64,000 nt of DNA from Erysipelotrichales bacterium (GCA_022508525.1 JAFLVA010000001.1:90879-154878), one strand, 5' to 3'; counted from the stretch's first letter, positions 18,185-28,380 are shown. Notes: generated from the letters alone by a model not told the origin. A program made the numbers and translations.

Positions 18185-20467
18185 TGAGCTTTTTTCATAT
18201 GCAGGAATAATTGATAAAAACTCTATATTTTCAAATTTGTATGATAATTGTATGTTGTTTTGAGTAAAAAACAATGACTCATAGTCACTTTCAAATTCTT
18301 TGATTTTTATTTTATAACCTATTTGTCCAAATATTTTTGTATAATCAAATGGGAGTATAGGATCACTATCACGTAAAATGTCTAAATATATTTCATTATC
18401 CATGATATATGTTTTAACGTCAGTAATGCCAGATAAAATTGGCATTGGTAATGTATCAGTTGGAACATCGTTTACGGTAAAAATCCCGTTAATTATGTAA
18501 CTGTTTGGAATTAAATTATTAGCTAGATAATAGCCGTTAGTTCCTTTTACAACATTGACTCTTACAATACCGGTAGGTGTTTCTCTTTTTTGGTTTTTTA
18601 AATTAATTTTTTCCATAACTGTTTTAAATATTTGCTTTGGAATTTGACGTCTAGAATCTCCTTTTCCAAAATAATTTTTCTCTCCTTGTTTCGGTATATC
18701 CCAACCAGACCACACAGTCATGGTATATTCACTAGAAAATCCTGCAAGCCAAGAATCTTTATCTGCATATGAGGGGTATCCTAGAGCTCTTGCTTGTGCA
18801 TCATCGTATCCGTTAGTGCCGGTTTTTGCCCCAATTTCAATACCATTCACTTTTACTACGCCAATATTATAATAGTTTTCGTTAACAATATTAACGAGTG
18901 TAGATGATACCTTATATGCAGCTTGTTCAGAAATTAATTGTTTCTTTTGTAGATTTCTTTGGTATAAAATTTCTCCAGTAGTTGCGTCTTTTATCATTGA
19001 TATTGTAGAAGGTTTTAAATACTTTCCATTATCTATAAGCATAGAATATGCACCGGAAAGTTGAGTGGTTGAAACGCCATAAGTCATTCCACCAATACCA
19101 TAAGCATAAGTGAATGGCCCATCATCCATAATTCCTATTTCGTTTAAATATTTTTCACATTCCTTTATGCCAATTTTATGTGCAACATTTTCTAATGTAT
19201 ACAAAGCCGCAGTGTTTTTTGAATAACCTAAAGCATCTTGAACTGTGATATTTCCTAAATATACTTTATCCGCATTTTGTACTGTACTAGTGCTATTTGG
19301 ATAAGTATATGGTGCATCTAATACAGAAGTTGCATTGGTGTAGTTTAAATATTCATAGGCTAAGGCATATTCAAAAATTGGCTTCATTGTAGAAGCTGGC
19401 TGTCTTTGCATAGAATATGCGCGATTATATAATCTTGATCCGTGATAGTTTCTTCCGCCAATTACTCCTACAATGCTACTATCAGAATTTTTAATTATAG
19501 TAGATGCAATTTGTTGACTTTCATCAGTGAAATTAATGACTTTGCCTTCTTGAATGTCGTCTAAATACGTTTGAATAGAAGTGTCTAGGTATGTATAAAT
19601 TTCTAATTTATCCACTAGGGGATTTTTTCCAATCAATTCTTCGACTTCGAGATAGACAATATCTAAATATGCTTGAAAGCGATAGTGGTCTTTTAATGTG
19701 TTTTCATTTTTACATATCAGGCTTTCTGTTGAAATTTTTATAGCAGCGCTATATTCCGCATTAGAAATATAACCATCTTCAAGCATATTTGCTAATACCA
19801 AATTTTTTCTATTATCTATGCGATCAAAATATTTAAGAGGATTATAATAACTTGCAGATTTAACAACACCGGCCAAAATTGCAATTTCTGGTAAAGTAAG
19901 TTGATTTAATTCTTTATTAAAATATCTTCGCGAGGCATAAACAACTCCCGGTGTAGTTTGTTCAAAATATATACTATTAAAATAAAGAGTAATTATATCC
20001 TCTTTACTAAATTGTTGCTCAAGTTGAAAGGCCAAATATGCCTCTTGAATTTTTCTTTTATATGTTTGTTCATTAGTTAACATGATGTTTTTTACTAATT
20101 GTTGTGTTATTGTTGAACCGCCATGTTTATTACTAGAGAACATGTTATGTACGAATGCTTCAACTGTTCTTTTTGGATCAATGCCTGGATGAGTAAAGAA
20201 ATTTTTATCTTCGATACTTACTAAAGCATTAATCAGTAGTGGTGGAATATCTTCATAATCTACATATTCTTTTTTGTCTTTTCCAATGACTTCAACAACA
20301 GATCTATTATGATCATATATTTTAGAATATGATTCATTTTTTAACTTAGAAATTTCGTTTAATTTAACACCGTCTAAAGAATAAAAAACATATCCTATTG
20401 TAAAAATAGTAGACACAATTGTAAAAATAGATGAAACTGTAAAAATTATTTTAATTATTTTCTTCAT
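18152..20467 (-). CDS. ponA: Class A penicillin-binding protein (glycosyltransferase + transpeptidase), PBP1-like
   Basis: EDKNFFTHPGID, GGSTITQQ, RKIQE (GT51). STMKP, SKN, KTGT (transpeptidase). Start set at MKKIIKIIF before the TM. recU-ponA operon as in Bacillus. Confidence 0.85.
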   Translation of the reverse strand: MKKIIKIIFTVSSIFTIVSTIFTIGYVFYSLDGVKLNEISKLKNESYSKIYDHNRSVVEVIGKDKKEYVDYEDIPPLLINALVSIEDKNFFTHPGIDPKRTVEAFVHNMFSSNKHGGSTITQQLVKNIMLTNEQTYKRKIQEAYLAFQLEQQFSKEDIITLYFNSIYFEQTTPGVVYASRRYFNKELNQLTLPEIAILAGVVKSASYYNPLKYFDRIDNRKNLVLANMLEDGYISNAEYSAAIKISTESLICKNENTLKDHYRFQAYLDIVYLEVEELIGKNPLVDKLEIYTYLDTSIQTYLDDIQEGKVINFTDESQQIASTIIKNSDSSIVGVIGGRNYHGSRLYNRAYSMQRQPASTMKPIFEYALAYEYLNYTNATSVLDAPYTYPNSTSTVQNADKVYLGNITVQDALGYSKNTAALYTLENVAHKIGIKECEKYLNEIGIMDDGPFTYAYGIGGMTYGVSTTQLSGAYSMLIDNGKYLKPSTISMIKDATTGEILYQRNLQKKQLISEQAAYKVSSTLVNIVNENYYNIGVVKVNGIEIGAKTGTNGYDDAQARALGYPSYADKDSWLAGFSSEYTMTVWSGWDIPKQGEKNYFGKGDSRRQIPKQIFKTVMEKINLKNQKRETPTGIVRVNVVKGTNGYYLANNLIPNSYIINGIFTVNDVPTDTLPMPILSGITDVKTYIMDNEIYLDILRDSDPILPFDYTKIFGQIGYKIKIKEFESDYESLFFTQNNIQLSYKFENIEFLSIIPAYEKSSLAFSSEFRII

Positions 20468-21056
20468 GGAAATATGCCTCGTCAATCGCTTCTAAAATTT
20501 GATATCTTGGCATATAACCTTGTTTTATTTCGATTCCATTTTCAATAATTTCTGATACAGGAATGGATGCTCGTTCTTTTGATTTGTAAAAAGAAATAAC
20601 ATAACTAGCGTCTAAAAGATAAACTTTATCAATACTTTCAAGTGATATTACAAAAAATGCAATACCACCATATTTGATAACTTTTTCTAAGTGGCTGATT
20701 TGATGAGGTGTGATATTGTGCAAAGGAAGTGAAGTCTTACTTTTTGTGTTTTTAGCTTCAAAATCAATGTATTTTCCACGATACACGCCATTATAGTCGG
20801 TTGTGGATTGTTTTTCAAAGTAAGCATCAATAATTTTTGCACCATGTGTATAATCAACACGTACAACATTAATAGGTGTAGGACGCTTTGTAATAATTGC
20901 AAGTCCTGCTCCATCAAAATATTCTAAAGATATATTTATATCGTTTTCAAAATCCATACCACGATTTTTATATATGGTATCTTTGTTTTTGCTTTTCTTG
21001 CTTTCGCTTTGAAAATTCATTTGTTTTCCATTTGGATATTTTATCACATTACTCAC
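20451..21056 (-). CDS. recU: Holliday junction resolvase RecU
   Basis: NRGMDFENDIN...ITKRPTPINVV...DYNGVYRGKYIDFEAKNT is RecU-like. Located immediately upstream of ponA. Confidence 0.88.
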   Translation of the reverse strand: MSNVIKYPNGKQMNFQSESKKSKNKDTIYKNRGMDFENDINISLEYFDGAGLAIITKRPTPINVVRVDYTHGAKIIDAYFEKQSTTDYNGVYRGKYIDFEAKNTKSKTSLPLHNITPHQISHLEKVIKYGGIAFFVISLESIDKVYLLDASYVISFYKSKERASIPVSEIIENGIEIKQGYMPRYQILEAIDEAYFHEENN

Positions 21057-21093
21057 CTCCTAATTTTATATGCCACTTATATTGTGGTCGATT

Positions 21094-21819
21094 TTAAGAA
21101 AGATAATTACGAACATTTTCTTTAAATTCATTAGATGTTACATCTTCGCCATCAATTAATTTCCCAATAGCGTTTTGAATAGGCTCTGGGAAATGTCTCA
21201 TGTGCTTTAACACTTTCAAATATTCTTCGTAAATTTTTTCATCGGATTTTAATACAATTTTATATAACAACATTAAATCTTTTGCATCGTTTAATGGGTC
21301 GTGAGAAACACCAGTGGGTTCTACTCCAAAAAGCTTTAAATAATTTACTAAGGAATAAGGATTATCCTTGTCGTCTTTGACATATTGTGACAAAACTGCT
21401 GCAAAATCTATATCGTTTTTAATAATATGTTGAACGATGTCTTTATCTGCGTTTGGGTGTGCCTCAAGTGACTTAGCAAGAATCCTTAAGTCGTGATTAC
21501 CAAATGTCATAAAGGCTGTTTTTTTGTATGACAAACCACAATACTTTTTAAGTTTTTCCATTGCTTCTTTAAAACTAATTCCCTCTTTGTTTAGTAAATC
21601 TGGAGTTATTCCTGTTAATTCTTGAACAAATCTACCAATAGGACCTGTTGATTTAACATAAAATTTAATGCCTTGGTATATTTTTCTAATTCGATACTTA
21701 TAATCTAAATCAACTTTTACTGCACCTAACGCAATCATTTCATGAGAAAATTGTGTTCCTTCTAAATCTATAAATACGATATGTTTTCTTTTATTCAATA
21801 ATTTTATAAGACTTTTCAT
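21094..21819 (-). CDS. DEDDh-type 3'-5' exonuclease (KapD/ERI-1-like)
   Basis: FIDLEGT (Exo I), FGNHDLRIL (Exo II), SHDPLNDAKDL (Exo III with His). Confidence 0.65.
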   Translation of the reverse strand: MKSLIKLLNKRKHIVFIDLEGTQFSHEMIALGAVKVDLDYKYRIRKIYQGIKFYVKSTGPIGRFVQELTGITPDLLNKEGISFKEAMEKLKKYCGLSYKKTAFMTFGNHDLRILAKSLEAHPNADKDIVQHIIKNDIDFAAVLSQYVKDDKDNPYSLVNYLKLFGVEPTGVSHDPLNDAKDLMLLYKIVLKSDEKIYEEYLKVLKHMRHFPEPIQNAIGKLIDGEDVTSNEFKENVRNYLS

Positions 21820-21953
21820 AATACAACCTCGTAATTAGTATACCATTGTACAAAAAATAGTCCATTTAAAACAAAATAAGTAACTAGATTTTTTTTGACT
21901 CATATAAATAAGTGAGCTTGTTAAAGCTCTTAAACTGTAGGTGAAAGTTAAAT

Positions 21954-22439
21954 ATGTTTTTTTGTAATAATAGTTTTTTAAAAAACTTTAACAATTGCTG
22001 TGTATCGACTTGTACACCAACAGCTTGTGGACCAACTGTCGTAATTACTTGTGATAATTGTTGTACTAGGGTATGTTCAGAAGTAACATTTACTATTACA
22101 ATCACAAATACTGCTACATGCACAATTGAGTGCGCAGCTTTACATATCAATGTGCCACGTTCATTCTGCTTCCATCCAGGAAGTATAAATGTTGATAGTA
22201 CTCCACAAGAAACAGCTACACCTGATTGTATTTCATTAGGAACAATTTCCCCAAGCCAAACTATAACAGTCACATATACTGTTACTGTTATGGAATGCAA
22301 ACGTTACAATAAAACGCAAGCGTTATTAACAGGTGTTGTATGCTGCTGCTGTGAAAATAAGAAAGTTGCAATTCCATCTAATGTAAATTGCTTACAAGTA
22401 TGTTGTTGCTGCTGTGGCGGATCAAGTACAGCTGAATAG
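21954..22439 (+). CDS. Cysteine-rich protein (24 Cys in 161 aa) with a central T/V/I-rich beta-sandwich-like segment. Candidate spore-surface structural protein.
   Basis: RBS AGGTGA and a strong downstream terminator. N-terminal CC/CxxxxC cluster, central TFTITITNTATCTIE...LGTISPSQTITVTYTVTV (DUF11-like pattern), C-terminal CCCC and CCCCC runs. No signal peptide. Confidence 0.6.
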   Translation: MFFCNNSFLKNFNNCCVSTCTPTACGPTVVITCDNCCTRVCSEVTFTITITNTATCTIECAALHINVPRSFCFHPGSINVDSTPQETATPDCISLGTISPSQTITVTYTVTVMECKRYNKTQALLTGVVCCCCENKKVAIPSNVNCLQVCCCCCGGSSTAE

Positions 22440-22458
22440 TTAAAGTAATAAAATATTT

Positions 22459-22481
22459 AGGCCAACTATGTTGGCCTTTTT
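22459..22481 (+). terminator. Rho-independent terminator after the Cys-rich gene
   Basis: aggccaac-tat-gttggcct followed by a T-run. Confidence 0.85.
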
Positions 22482-22504
22482 AATTTTTCAAAACTATAAA
22501 ATTA

Positions 22505-22533
22505 TTGAATACTATTTATTAAAATAGTATAAT
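22505..22533 (+). promoter_or_regulatory. Sigma-A promoter of gpsB
   Basis: TTGAAT, 17-nt spacer, TATAAT. Confidence 0.6.
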
Positions 22534-22554
22534 ACTCTTTGTAGGAAAAGAATT

Positions 22555-22914
22555 ATGAAAAGTAGAATAGCATTAGATTCAAATAAAATTATTGATAAAA
22601 CTTTCTCGGTTTCTGTGAAGGGATATCGTGCTCTTGAAGTTGATGAATTTCTTGATGTCGTCGCAAACGATTATGAGGCATTTGAAGAGGAATTCAATAA
22701 GATAAACAAAGAGTTAGAAACTTTGAGAAATCAAAACAAAGAATATTTTAAACAAATATCCGAATTGGAAGCTAAAAATACAATGCTTAGCAACAAAATA
22801 TCTTCAATTAAGGATGATACTGCTGTTTCTATTTCTAATTTGGATTTATTGAATCGTATAAAAAAATTAGAAGATGCCTTGTATAAAGCAGGCATTGATC
22901 CTACAAAAATGTAA
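22555..22914 (+). CDS. gpsB: Cell-cycle protein GpsB (DivIVA-domain)
   Basis: IIDKTFSVSVKGYRALEVDEFLDVVANDYE is a DivIVA N-domain, followed by a coiled coil. Immediately upstream of rnpB, as in B. subtilis. Confidence 0.8.
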   Translation: MKSRIALDSNKIIDKTFSVSVKGYRALEVDEFLDVVANDYEAFEEEFNKINKELETLRNQNKEYFKQISELEAKNTMLSNKISSIKDDTAVSISNLDLLNRIKKLEDALYKAGIDPTKM

Positions 22915-22918
22915 TTTA

Positions 22919-23263
22919 ATTTCGACCTGGATAATTGCTGATGTATTTACATTAGAGGAAAGTCCATGCTCGCACCAGCTGAGATGCTGGTAGTGATTGT
23001 GCTAGATGAAACAATAAATCTAGGTATATGGGAGCATATAACGGCAATTCGATAACCTAAGTCGCGAGATATGGTTTAGAATTTGAAAGTGCCATAGTGA
23101 CGATTTTTATGGGAAACCATAATAGTGGAACGCGGTAAACCCCACAAGCGAGAAACCCAAATTTGGTAGGGGAAGTTTAGAAGAAGAATTCAATTTTTCT
23201 AGGCATGCTTAACGCATAGATAAATAATTATCCTTGACAGAACATGGCTTATAGGGTCGAAAT
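22919..23263 (+). ncRNA. rnpB: RNase P RNA (bacterial type B, compact, about 345 nt)
   Basis: P1 pairing atttcgacc / ggtcgaaat. Universally conserved GAGGAAAGTCCATGCTCGCAC and ACAGAACATGGCTTA blocks, plus AGTGCCATAGTGACG. Confidence 0.9.
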
Positions 23264-23282
23264 ACTCAACTGGAGGCATAAC

Positions 23283-23867
23283 ATGAATTTACCAAATAAA
23301 ATAACAACTTTTAGAATGGTTTTAGTTGTAGCATTGTTAGCTGTGTTGCTTTTACCTTTTGAATACAGCTGTGTGCCAGGTAGTTCTGTTTTGACATGGC
23401 AATATGTAGTTGCTTTTATTATTTTTATCATTGCTAGTGTGTCAGATTTTTTTGATGGCTATATTGCAAGAAAATATAATATGGTCACCACATTTGGAAA
23501 ATTTATGGACCCTATAGCAGATAAGTTACTTGTAAATTCAACGTTCATTATTCTAGCGATTCAAGGACCGTATCACATTCCGGCAATAGTTACTGTCATT
23601 ATTATTGCAAGAGATATAATTGTTGATGCGTTAAGAATGATATCAGTAGAAAAAGGTATAGTAATTGCTGCAAGTAAATTAGGAAAGTTGAAAACAGTCA
23701 CACAAATGGTTGCATTATCATTTGTACTATTGGCTGATTGGCCATTTAGTTACTTAAAGACAAATGGATGGGTGGGAATTTCACTCTGTTATCTAGCAGC
23801 AATAGTTTCTCTCATATCTGGTATCGATTATATTATTAAAGGACGCAAAGTTTTTAAGGATAAATAG
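23283..23867 (+). CDS. pgsA: CDP-diacylglycerol--glycerol-3-phosphate 3-phosphatidyltransferase
   Basis: NLPNKITTFRM...SDFFDGYIARKYNMVTTFGKFMDPIADK (CDP-alcohol phosphatidyltransferase motif). Start moved to 23283 (RBS GGAGG) because the track's ORF overlaps rnpB. Confidence 0.9.
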   Translation: MNLPNKITTFRMVLVVALLAVLLLPFEYSCVPGSSVLTWQYVVAFIIFIIASVSDFFDGYIARKYNMVTTFGKFMDPIADKLLVNSTFIILAIQGPYHIPAIVTVIIIARDIIVDALRMISVEKGIVIAASKLGKLKTVTQMVALSFVLLADWPFSYLKTNGWVGISLCYLAAIVSLISGIDYIIKGRKVFKDK

Positions 23868-23869
23868 TT

Positions 23870-24328
23870 ATGTTCAGTCAACTAGTAGAAAAATTAAAAG
23901 AAAAAAAATTTACAATTAGCAGTGTAGAAAGTTTGACGGCAGGACTCTTTTGTTCATATATTGCTAGCATTCCAGGAGCAAGTTCTGTGTATAAGGGAAG
24001 TCTCATTACATATGCAAGCGAAATGAAAACTAAACTTGCTGAGGTTGATAAAGAGATTATTGAGCAATATGGTGTGGTTTCTGAAGAAGTAGCTGGTTTG
24101 ATGGCTAAAGGTGGCAAAGAAAAAATAGAAACAGATATATGTGTTTCGTTTACCGGTAATGCAGGTCCATCAGTTTTGGATAACAAAAAAGTTGGAGAAG
24201 TATTTATTGGGTTTGCTATTAATGATAAAATTATTGTAGAACATGAAATATTTTCAGGAAATAGAAATGAAATTCGTGAACAAGTATGTAAATTTGCTTG
24301 TGAAAAACTATTAGAATTAATTGATTAA
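23870..24328 (+). CDS. pncC: CinA C-terminal domain protein (nicotinamide-nucleotide amidohydrolase PncC-like)
   Basis: SSVESLTAGLF...IPGASSVYKGSLITYASEMK...VSEEVA..MA...SFTGNAGP. pgsA-cinA-recA synteny. Confidence 0.8.
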   Translation: MFSQLVEKLKEKKFTISSVESLTAGLFCSYIASIPGASSVYKGSLITYASEMKTKLAEVDKEIIEQYGVVSEEVAGLMAKGGKEKIETDICVSFTGNAGPSVLDNKKVGEVFIGFAINDKIIVEHEIFSGNRNEIREQVCKFACEKLLELID

Positions 24329-24378
24329 TCCGAAGTTTAATAAATTAATGACTATATTATTAATGGAAGGTGAAGAAT

Positions 24379-25389
24379 ATGGCGGAAAAAGTAGAAAAAA
24401 CAAAATCAAAAGATGAAGCACTTGCAGATGCAATAAAAAATATTGAAAAAGCATTTGGCAAGGGTTCAATCATGAAATTAGGTGAAAGACCAAATGTTGA
24501 TGTAGATGTTATACCAACTGGTTCCTTATCACTTGATTATGCATTGGGAATTGGTGGATATCCTAAAGGCAGAATTATTGAAATATATGGACCAGAGTCA
24601 TCAGGTAAAACAACATTTGCCTTACATGCTATTGCAGAATGTCAAGCTCGTGGTGGACGTGCAGCGTTCGTCGATGCGGAGCATGCAATAGATCCAGTTT
24701 ATGCAAAGAATTTAGGTGTTAATACTGATGAATTGATTTTGTCTCAACCAGATAATGGTGAACAAGCCTTAGAAATCGTTCACATGTTAGCATCCTCAAA
24801 TGCGATTGATATTATTGTAGTAGACAGTGTAGCAGCTTTAGTTCCACAAGCAGAACTTGATGGAGAAATGGGAGATGCTCAAGTTGGTTTACAAGCACGC
24901 TTAATGTCCAAAGCAATGCGTAAACTTGCAGGTATTTTAAATAAATCATCATGTACTATTATTTTCATTAACCAATTAAGAGAAAAAGTCGGAGTAATTT
25001 ATGGTAATCCAGAAACTACTACTGGCGGACGTGCGCTAAAATTCTATGCTTCAATTCGTATTGAAATTAGACGTGGCGAAGTTATTAAAGAAGGAAGCGA
25101 CATTGTTGGTAATTCGGTTAATGTGAAAATTGTAAAAAATAAAGTTGCGCCACCATTTAAAACATGTAAAGTAGATGTTATCTATGGACAAGGTGTTTCT
25201 AAGTACGGAGAAGCAGTTGATTTAGGAATATTATCAGGAATAGTCAAAAAAGCTGGATCATGGTATGAAATCAATGGTGATAGAATTGGTCAAGGTCGCG
25301 AGACAGCTGTTGAATTCTTAAAAGAACATGAAGATGTTTATCGAGAAGTTTTAAAAAGCATTCGCGAAATGCAAGAAAATAAAATCTAA
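24379..25389 (+). CDS. recA: Recombinase RecA
   Basis: [50 protein letters not shown]. Confidence 0.98.
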   Translation: MAEKVEKTKSKDEALADAIKNIEKAFGKGSIMKLGERPNVDVDVIPTGSLSLDYALGIGGYPKGRIIEIYGPESSGKTTFALHAIAECQARGGRAAFVDAEHAIDPVYAKNLGVNTDELILSQPDNGEQALEIVHMLASSNAIDIIVVDSVAALVPQAELDGEMGDAQVGLQARLMSKAMRKLAGILNKSSCTIIFINQLREKVGVIYGNPETTTGGRALKFYASIRIEIRRGEVIKEGSDIVGNSVNVKIVKNKVAPPFKTCKVDVIYGQGVSKYGEAVDLGILSGIVKKAGSWYEINGDRIGQGRETAVEFLKEHEDVYREVLKSIREMQENKI

Positions 25390-25638
25390 ATTCAAAAAGG
25401 GAGCCTGTGCTTCCTTTTTATGATAAAAAATTTCTTTTATATATAATATAAATTTGTTATAATAATATCGTATCTGAGTTACAGATTACCTATAAATGTC
25501 GTCGATAAGTTTTAAATAAGCAAAAGCTTTTAAATACATAGTCGAATAGTGAATATTTTTTATGCTACTAAAACGATGTTTAGGATATTTTTACTAAAGA
25601 TATAAAAATTTTAATATTGGAAGAAAGGGGATAAAAAA

Positions 25639-27213
25639 ATGCCAATAATGTTATCAGCAAACACTCCGGTCTATGTTACAGTTATTGTTGGTATTGCTGG
25701 TCTTGCACTTGGTGTTGCCGCGATTATTTTATTTCAAAAAATCAAAGGTCAAAACGCTGAAAAAACTGCTAAAAAGATTATTAAAGATGCAGAAAATAAG
25801 AGCGAACACTTAATTAAAACTGCACAACTAGATGCCAAACAAGCTGCATATGAATTGAAAATTGAAGCTGAAAAAGAAATTAAAGAAAAGAAAAACGAAT
25901 TAAATCAAGCAGAAAACAAATTATTTCAAAGAGAACAAGCAATTGATCGTCGTGATATCGCTTTGATAGAAAAAGAAAAGAATATCGAGATGAAAAACGA
26001 AGATGCTAATAAACGTTTGAAAGAAATCCAAAGAAAAGATGAATTACTTCAAGCAAAAATCGATTCAATTATTGTTGAACTTGAAAAAGTCTCTAATATG
26101 TCAGTTAATGAAGCTAGAGATGAAATATTTAAAAGAGTAGAATCAAAACTTTCGAAAGAAATTGCTACTTTCATTAAAAATAAAGAGGAAGAAGCAAAAG
26201 AAGAATGCAATTCTAAGGCAAAAGAAATGTTAGGCATGGCAATCAGCAAATATGCTCAAGAAGTTACAATTGAAAGAACTGTATCAGTTGTATCATTACC
26301 TAACGATGAAATGAAAGGTCGAATAATCGGACGTGAAGGTCGAAATATTAGATCTCTAGAACAATTATTAGGTGTTGATTTGATCATTGATGATACACCA
26401 GAAGTAATTACAATTTCTTGTTTTAATCCAATTAGAAGAGAAATTGCTCGCCGTTCTTTAGAATATTTAATAAAAGACGGAAGAATTCAACCTGGTAGGA
26501 TTGAAGAAATAGTTGAAAAAGCCAAAGGCGAAGTTGATGAAATTATTACTGCTGCTGGACAAGAAGCTGCATTTAAATTAGGTATTTCTAGAATATCAAA
26601 AGAATTACTTAACTATGTTGGTAGACTTAAGTTTAGAACATCTTATGGTCAAAATGTCTATGAGCATTCTATTGAAGCCGCAATGCTTGCAGGATCAATG
26701 GCAGCAGAATTAGGACTTGATCAAAACTTGGCAAAACGTGCAGGATTATTACATGATATTGGTAAAGCTGTTGATTTTGAAATGGATGGAAGCCATGTTG
26801 AAATCGGTGTACGTCTAGCTAAAAAGTATGGTGAAGGCGAAGTTGTTATTAACGCAATTGAATCTCACCATGGTGATGTAGAAGCTAAATTTGTAATTTC
26901 AAATCTTGTTCAAGCTGCTGACACATTATCAGCTGCACGACCTGGAGCAAGAAGTGAAACACTAGAAAATTACATTAAACGTATTGAACAATTAGAAGAA
27001 ATTTGTAAATCTTTTGAAGGAGTTTCTTCTTCATATGCAATGCAATCAGGACGTGAAGTGCGTGTCATGGTAGTTCCTGAAAAGATTGATGATTTACAAG
27101 CTTATAAATTAGCACGTGATATTCGTGAAAAGATTGAAAATGAAATGACTTATCCAGGACAAATTAAAGTTTCGGTAATTCGAGAATATCGTGCTATTGA
27201 AACAGCAAAATAA
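25639..27213 (+). CDS. rny: Ribonuclease Y
   Basis: N-terminal TM, coiled coil, KH domain ([12 protein letters not shown]), HD domain (LLHDIGKA). Confidence 0.96.
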   Translation: MPIMLSANTPVYVTVIVGIAGLALGVAAIILFQKIKGQNAEKTAKKIIKDAENKSEHLIKTAQLDAKQAAYELKIEAEKEIKEKKNELNQAENKLFQREQAIDRRDIALIEKEKNIEMKNEDANKRLKEIQRKDELLQAKIDSIIVELEKVSNMSVNEARDEIFKRVESKLSKEIATFIKNKEEEAKEECNSKAKEMLGMAISKYAQEVTIERTVSVVSLPNDEMKGRIIGREGRNIRSLEQLLGVDLIIDDTPEVITISCFNPIRREIARRSLEYLIKDGRIQPGRIEEIVEKAKGEVDEIITAAGQEAAFKLGISRISKELLNYVGRLKFRTSYGQNVYEHSIEAAMLAGSMAAELGLDQNLAKRAGLLHDIGKAVDFEMDGSHVEIGVRLAKKYGEGEVVINAIESHHGDVEAKFVISNLVQAADTLSAARPGARSETLENYIKRIEQLEEICKSFEGVSSSYAMQSGREVRVMVVPEKIDDLQAYKLARDIREKIENEMTYPGQIKVSVIREYRAIETAK

Positions 27214-27220
27214 TTTATTT

Positions 27221-27251
27221 GTGGGCCGAAGTCGCTTGGCCCACTTTATTT
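27221..27251 (+). terminator. GC-rich hairpin between rny and ymdB (terminator/attenuator)
   Basis: gtgggcc-g-aag-tcg-ctt-ggcccac followed by tttattta. Confidence 0.6.
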
Positions 27252-27269
27252 ATGAGAGGAGTTGAAAAC

Positions 27270-28058
27270 GTGAAAATATTAATGATTGGTGATATTGTTG
27301 GCAAAAACGGCCGCCAAATCGTCAATAAACTTTTACCAGGTATTATCAAAAAACATGGCATTGACTTCGTAATTGCAAATGGCGAAAATGCCACACATGG
27401 TAAAGGAATAATTGAGAATCACTATAATTATTTAATAAATGCTGGTGTTGATGTTGTAACATTAGGTAATCACTATAACTCCAAGGATGAGATAGTCTCT
27501 TATATTAATGGAGCTGAACAATTGATAAGACCATATAATTTAAAAAAAGATTTTCCGGGTGTTGGAACTGCTTTATACTATGTAAACGATTATCAAATCC
27601 GTGTCACAAATATTCTTGGTAAAGCATTTATGAGAGAAGAAGTTATTTCTCCTTATGATGCCATCAAAGAAATTATTGAAAAAGAAGAAAAAGCAGATAT
27701 ACATATTATTGATTTTCACGGTGAAGCAACAGGCGAGAAACAAAGTATTGCTTGGGCGTTTGATGGACAAGTGTCTGCAGTCATTGGTACGCACACGCAC
27801 GTTCAAACTCGTGATGCTAGAATATTGCCACAAGGAACTGGCTTTATGTGTGATGTGGGAATGTGTGGACCATTAAATGGTATATTAGGTTCGAAAAAAG
27901 AAAATGTAATTTCTACTTTATGGTTAGGAGAATCTAAACCATTTATTATTGAAGACCACGATGATTCATTATTTAATGCGGTAGTGTTAGATATTAATGA
28001 AGAAAACGGAAAATGTGAAAATATTTCACCAATTTATCTTATAGAAAATCATAAGTAA
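27270..28058 (+). CDS. ymdB: 2',3'-cyclic-nucleotide 2'-phosphodiesterase YmdB (calcineurin-like metallophosphoesterase)
   Basis: GTG start 8 nt after GAGAGGAG. KILMIGDIVGKNGR, ANGENATHGKG, DFHGEATGEK, GTHTHVQT. Confidence 0.88.
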   Translation: MKILMIGDIVGKNGRQIVNKLLPGIIKKHGIDFVIANGENATHGKGIIENHYNYLINAGVDVVTLGNHYNSKDEIVSYINGAEQLIRPYNLKKDFPGVGTALYYVNDYQIRVTNILGKAFMREEVISPYDAIKEIIEKEEKADIHIIDFHGEATGEKQSIAWAFDGQVSAVIGTHTHVQTRDARILPQGTGFMCDVGMCGPLNGILGSKKENVISTLWLGESKPFIIEDHDDSLFNAVVLDINEENGKCENISPIYLIENHK

Positions 28059-28096
28059 AAAAATGCAATCATAAGTTTTCTTAAGGGAGAAAAATT

Positions 28097-28369
28097 ATGA
28101 TAGAATTAATTAAAGTTTCAAAGAATTCAAATGTGAATGCAGTAGCAGGAAGTATGGCAAGTATCATGCGTGGACAAAGCCAACTTATTGTTCAAACAGT
28201 AGGTGCTGGTTCGCTTAATCAAGCTATTAAGGCCCTGGCAATTGCAAGAGGATATTTAACACCAAGTGGTATTGAGTTATATTGTTATCCATCTTTTAAA
28301 GAAGTCATCATTGATAAGATGACAAAAACTGCAATTCGACTAACAATTGTTAAAAAATTGACGAAGTAG
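28097..28369 (+). CDS. spoVS: Stage V sporulation protein S
   Basis: LIKVSKNSNVNAVAGSMA...VGAGSLNQAIKALAIARGYL is SpoVS-like. rny-ymdB-spoVS synteny. Confidence 0.9.
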   Translation: MIELIKVSKNSNVNAVAGSMASIMRGQSQLIVQTVGAGSLNQAIKALAIARGYLTPSGIELYCYPSFKEVIIDKMTKTAIRLTIVKKLTK

Positions 28370-28380
28370 GAGTGATGTAA

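Noticed and set aside
21884-22300. 138-aa minus-strand ORF antisense to the Cys-rich gene
   Set aside because: It is the mirror image of the T/V/C-rich plus-strand codons. It has no RBS or terminator of its own, whereas the plus-strand ORF has an RBS and a strong terminator.
25390-25638. 249-nt AT-rich region upstream of rny as a riboswitch, leader peptide or sRNA
   Set aside because: I saw no conserved riboswitch core, no convincing structured element and only trivial ORFs of up to 8 codons. It is probably a promoter plus a plain leader.
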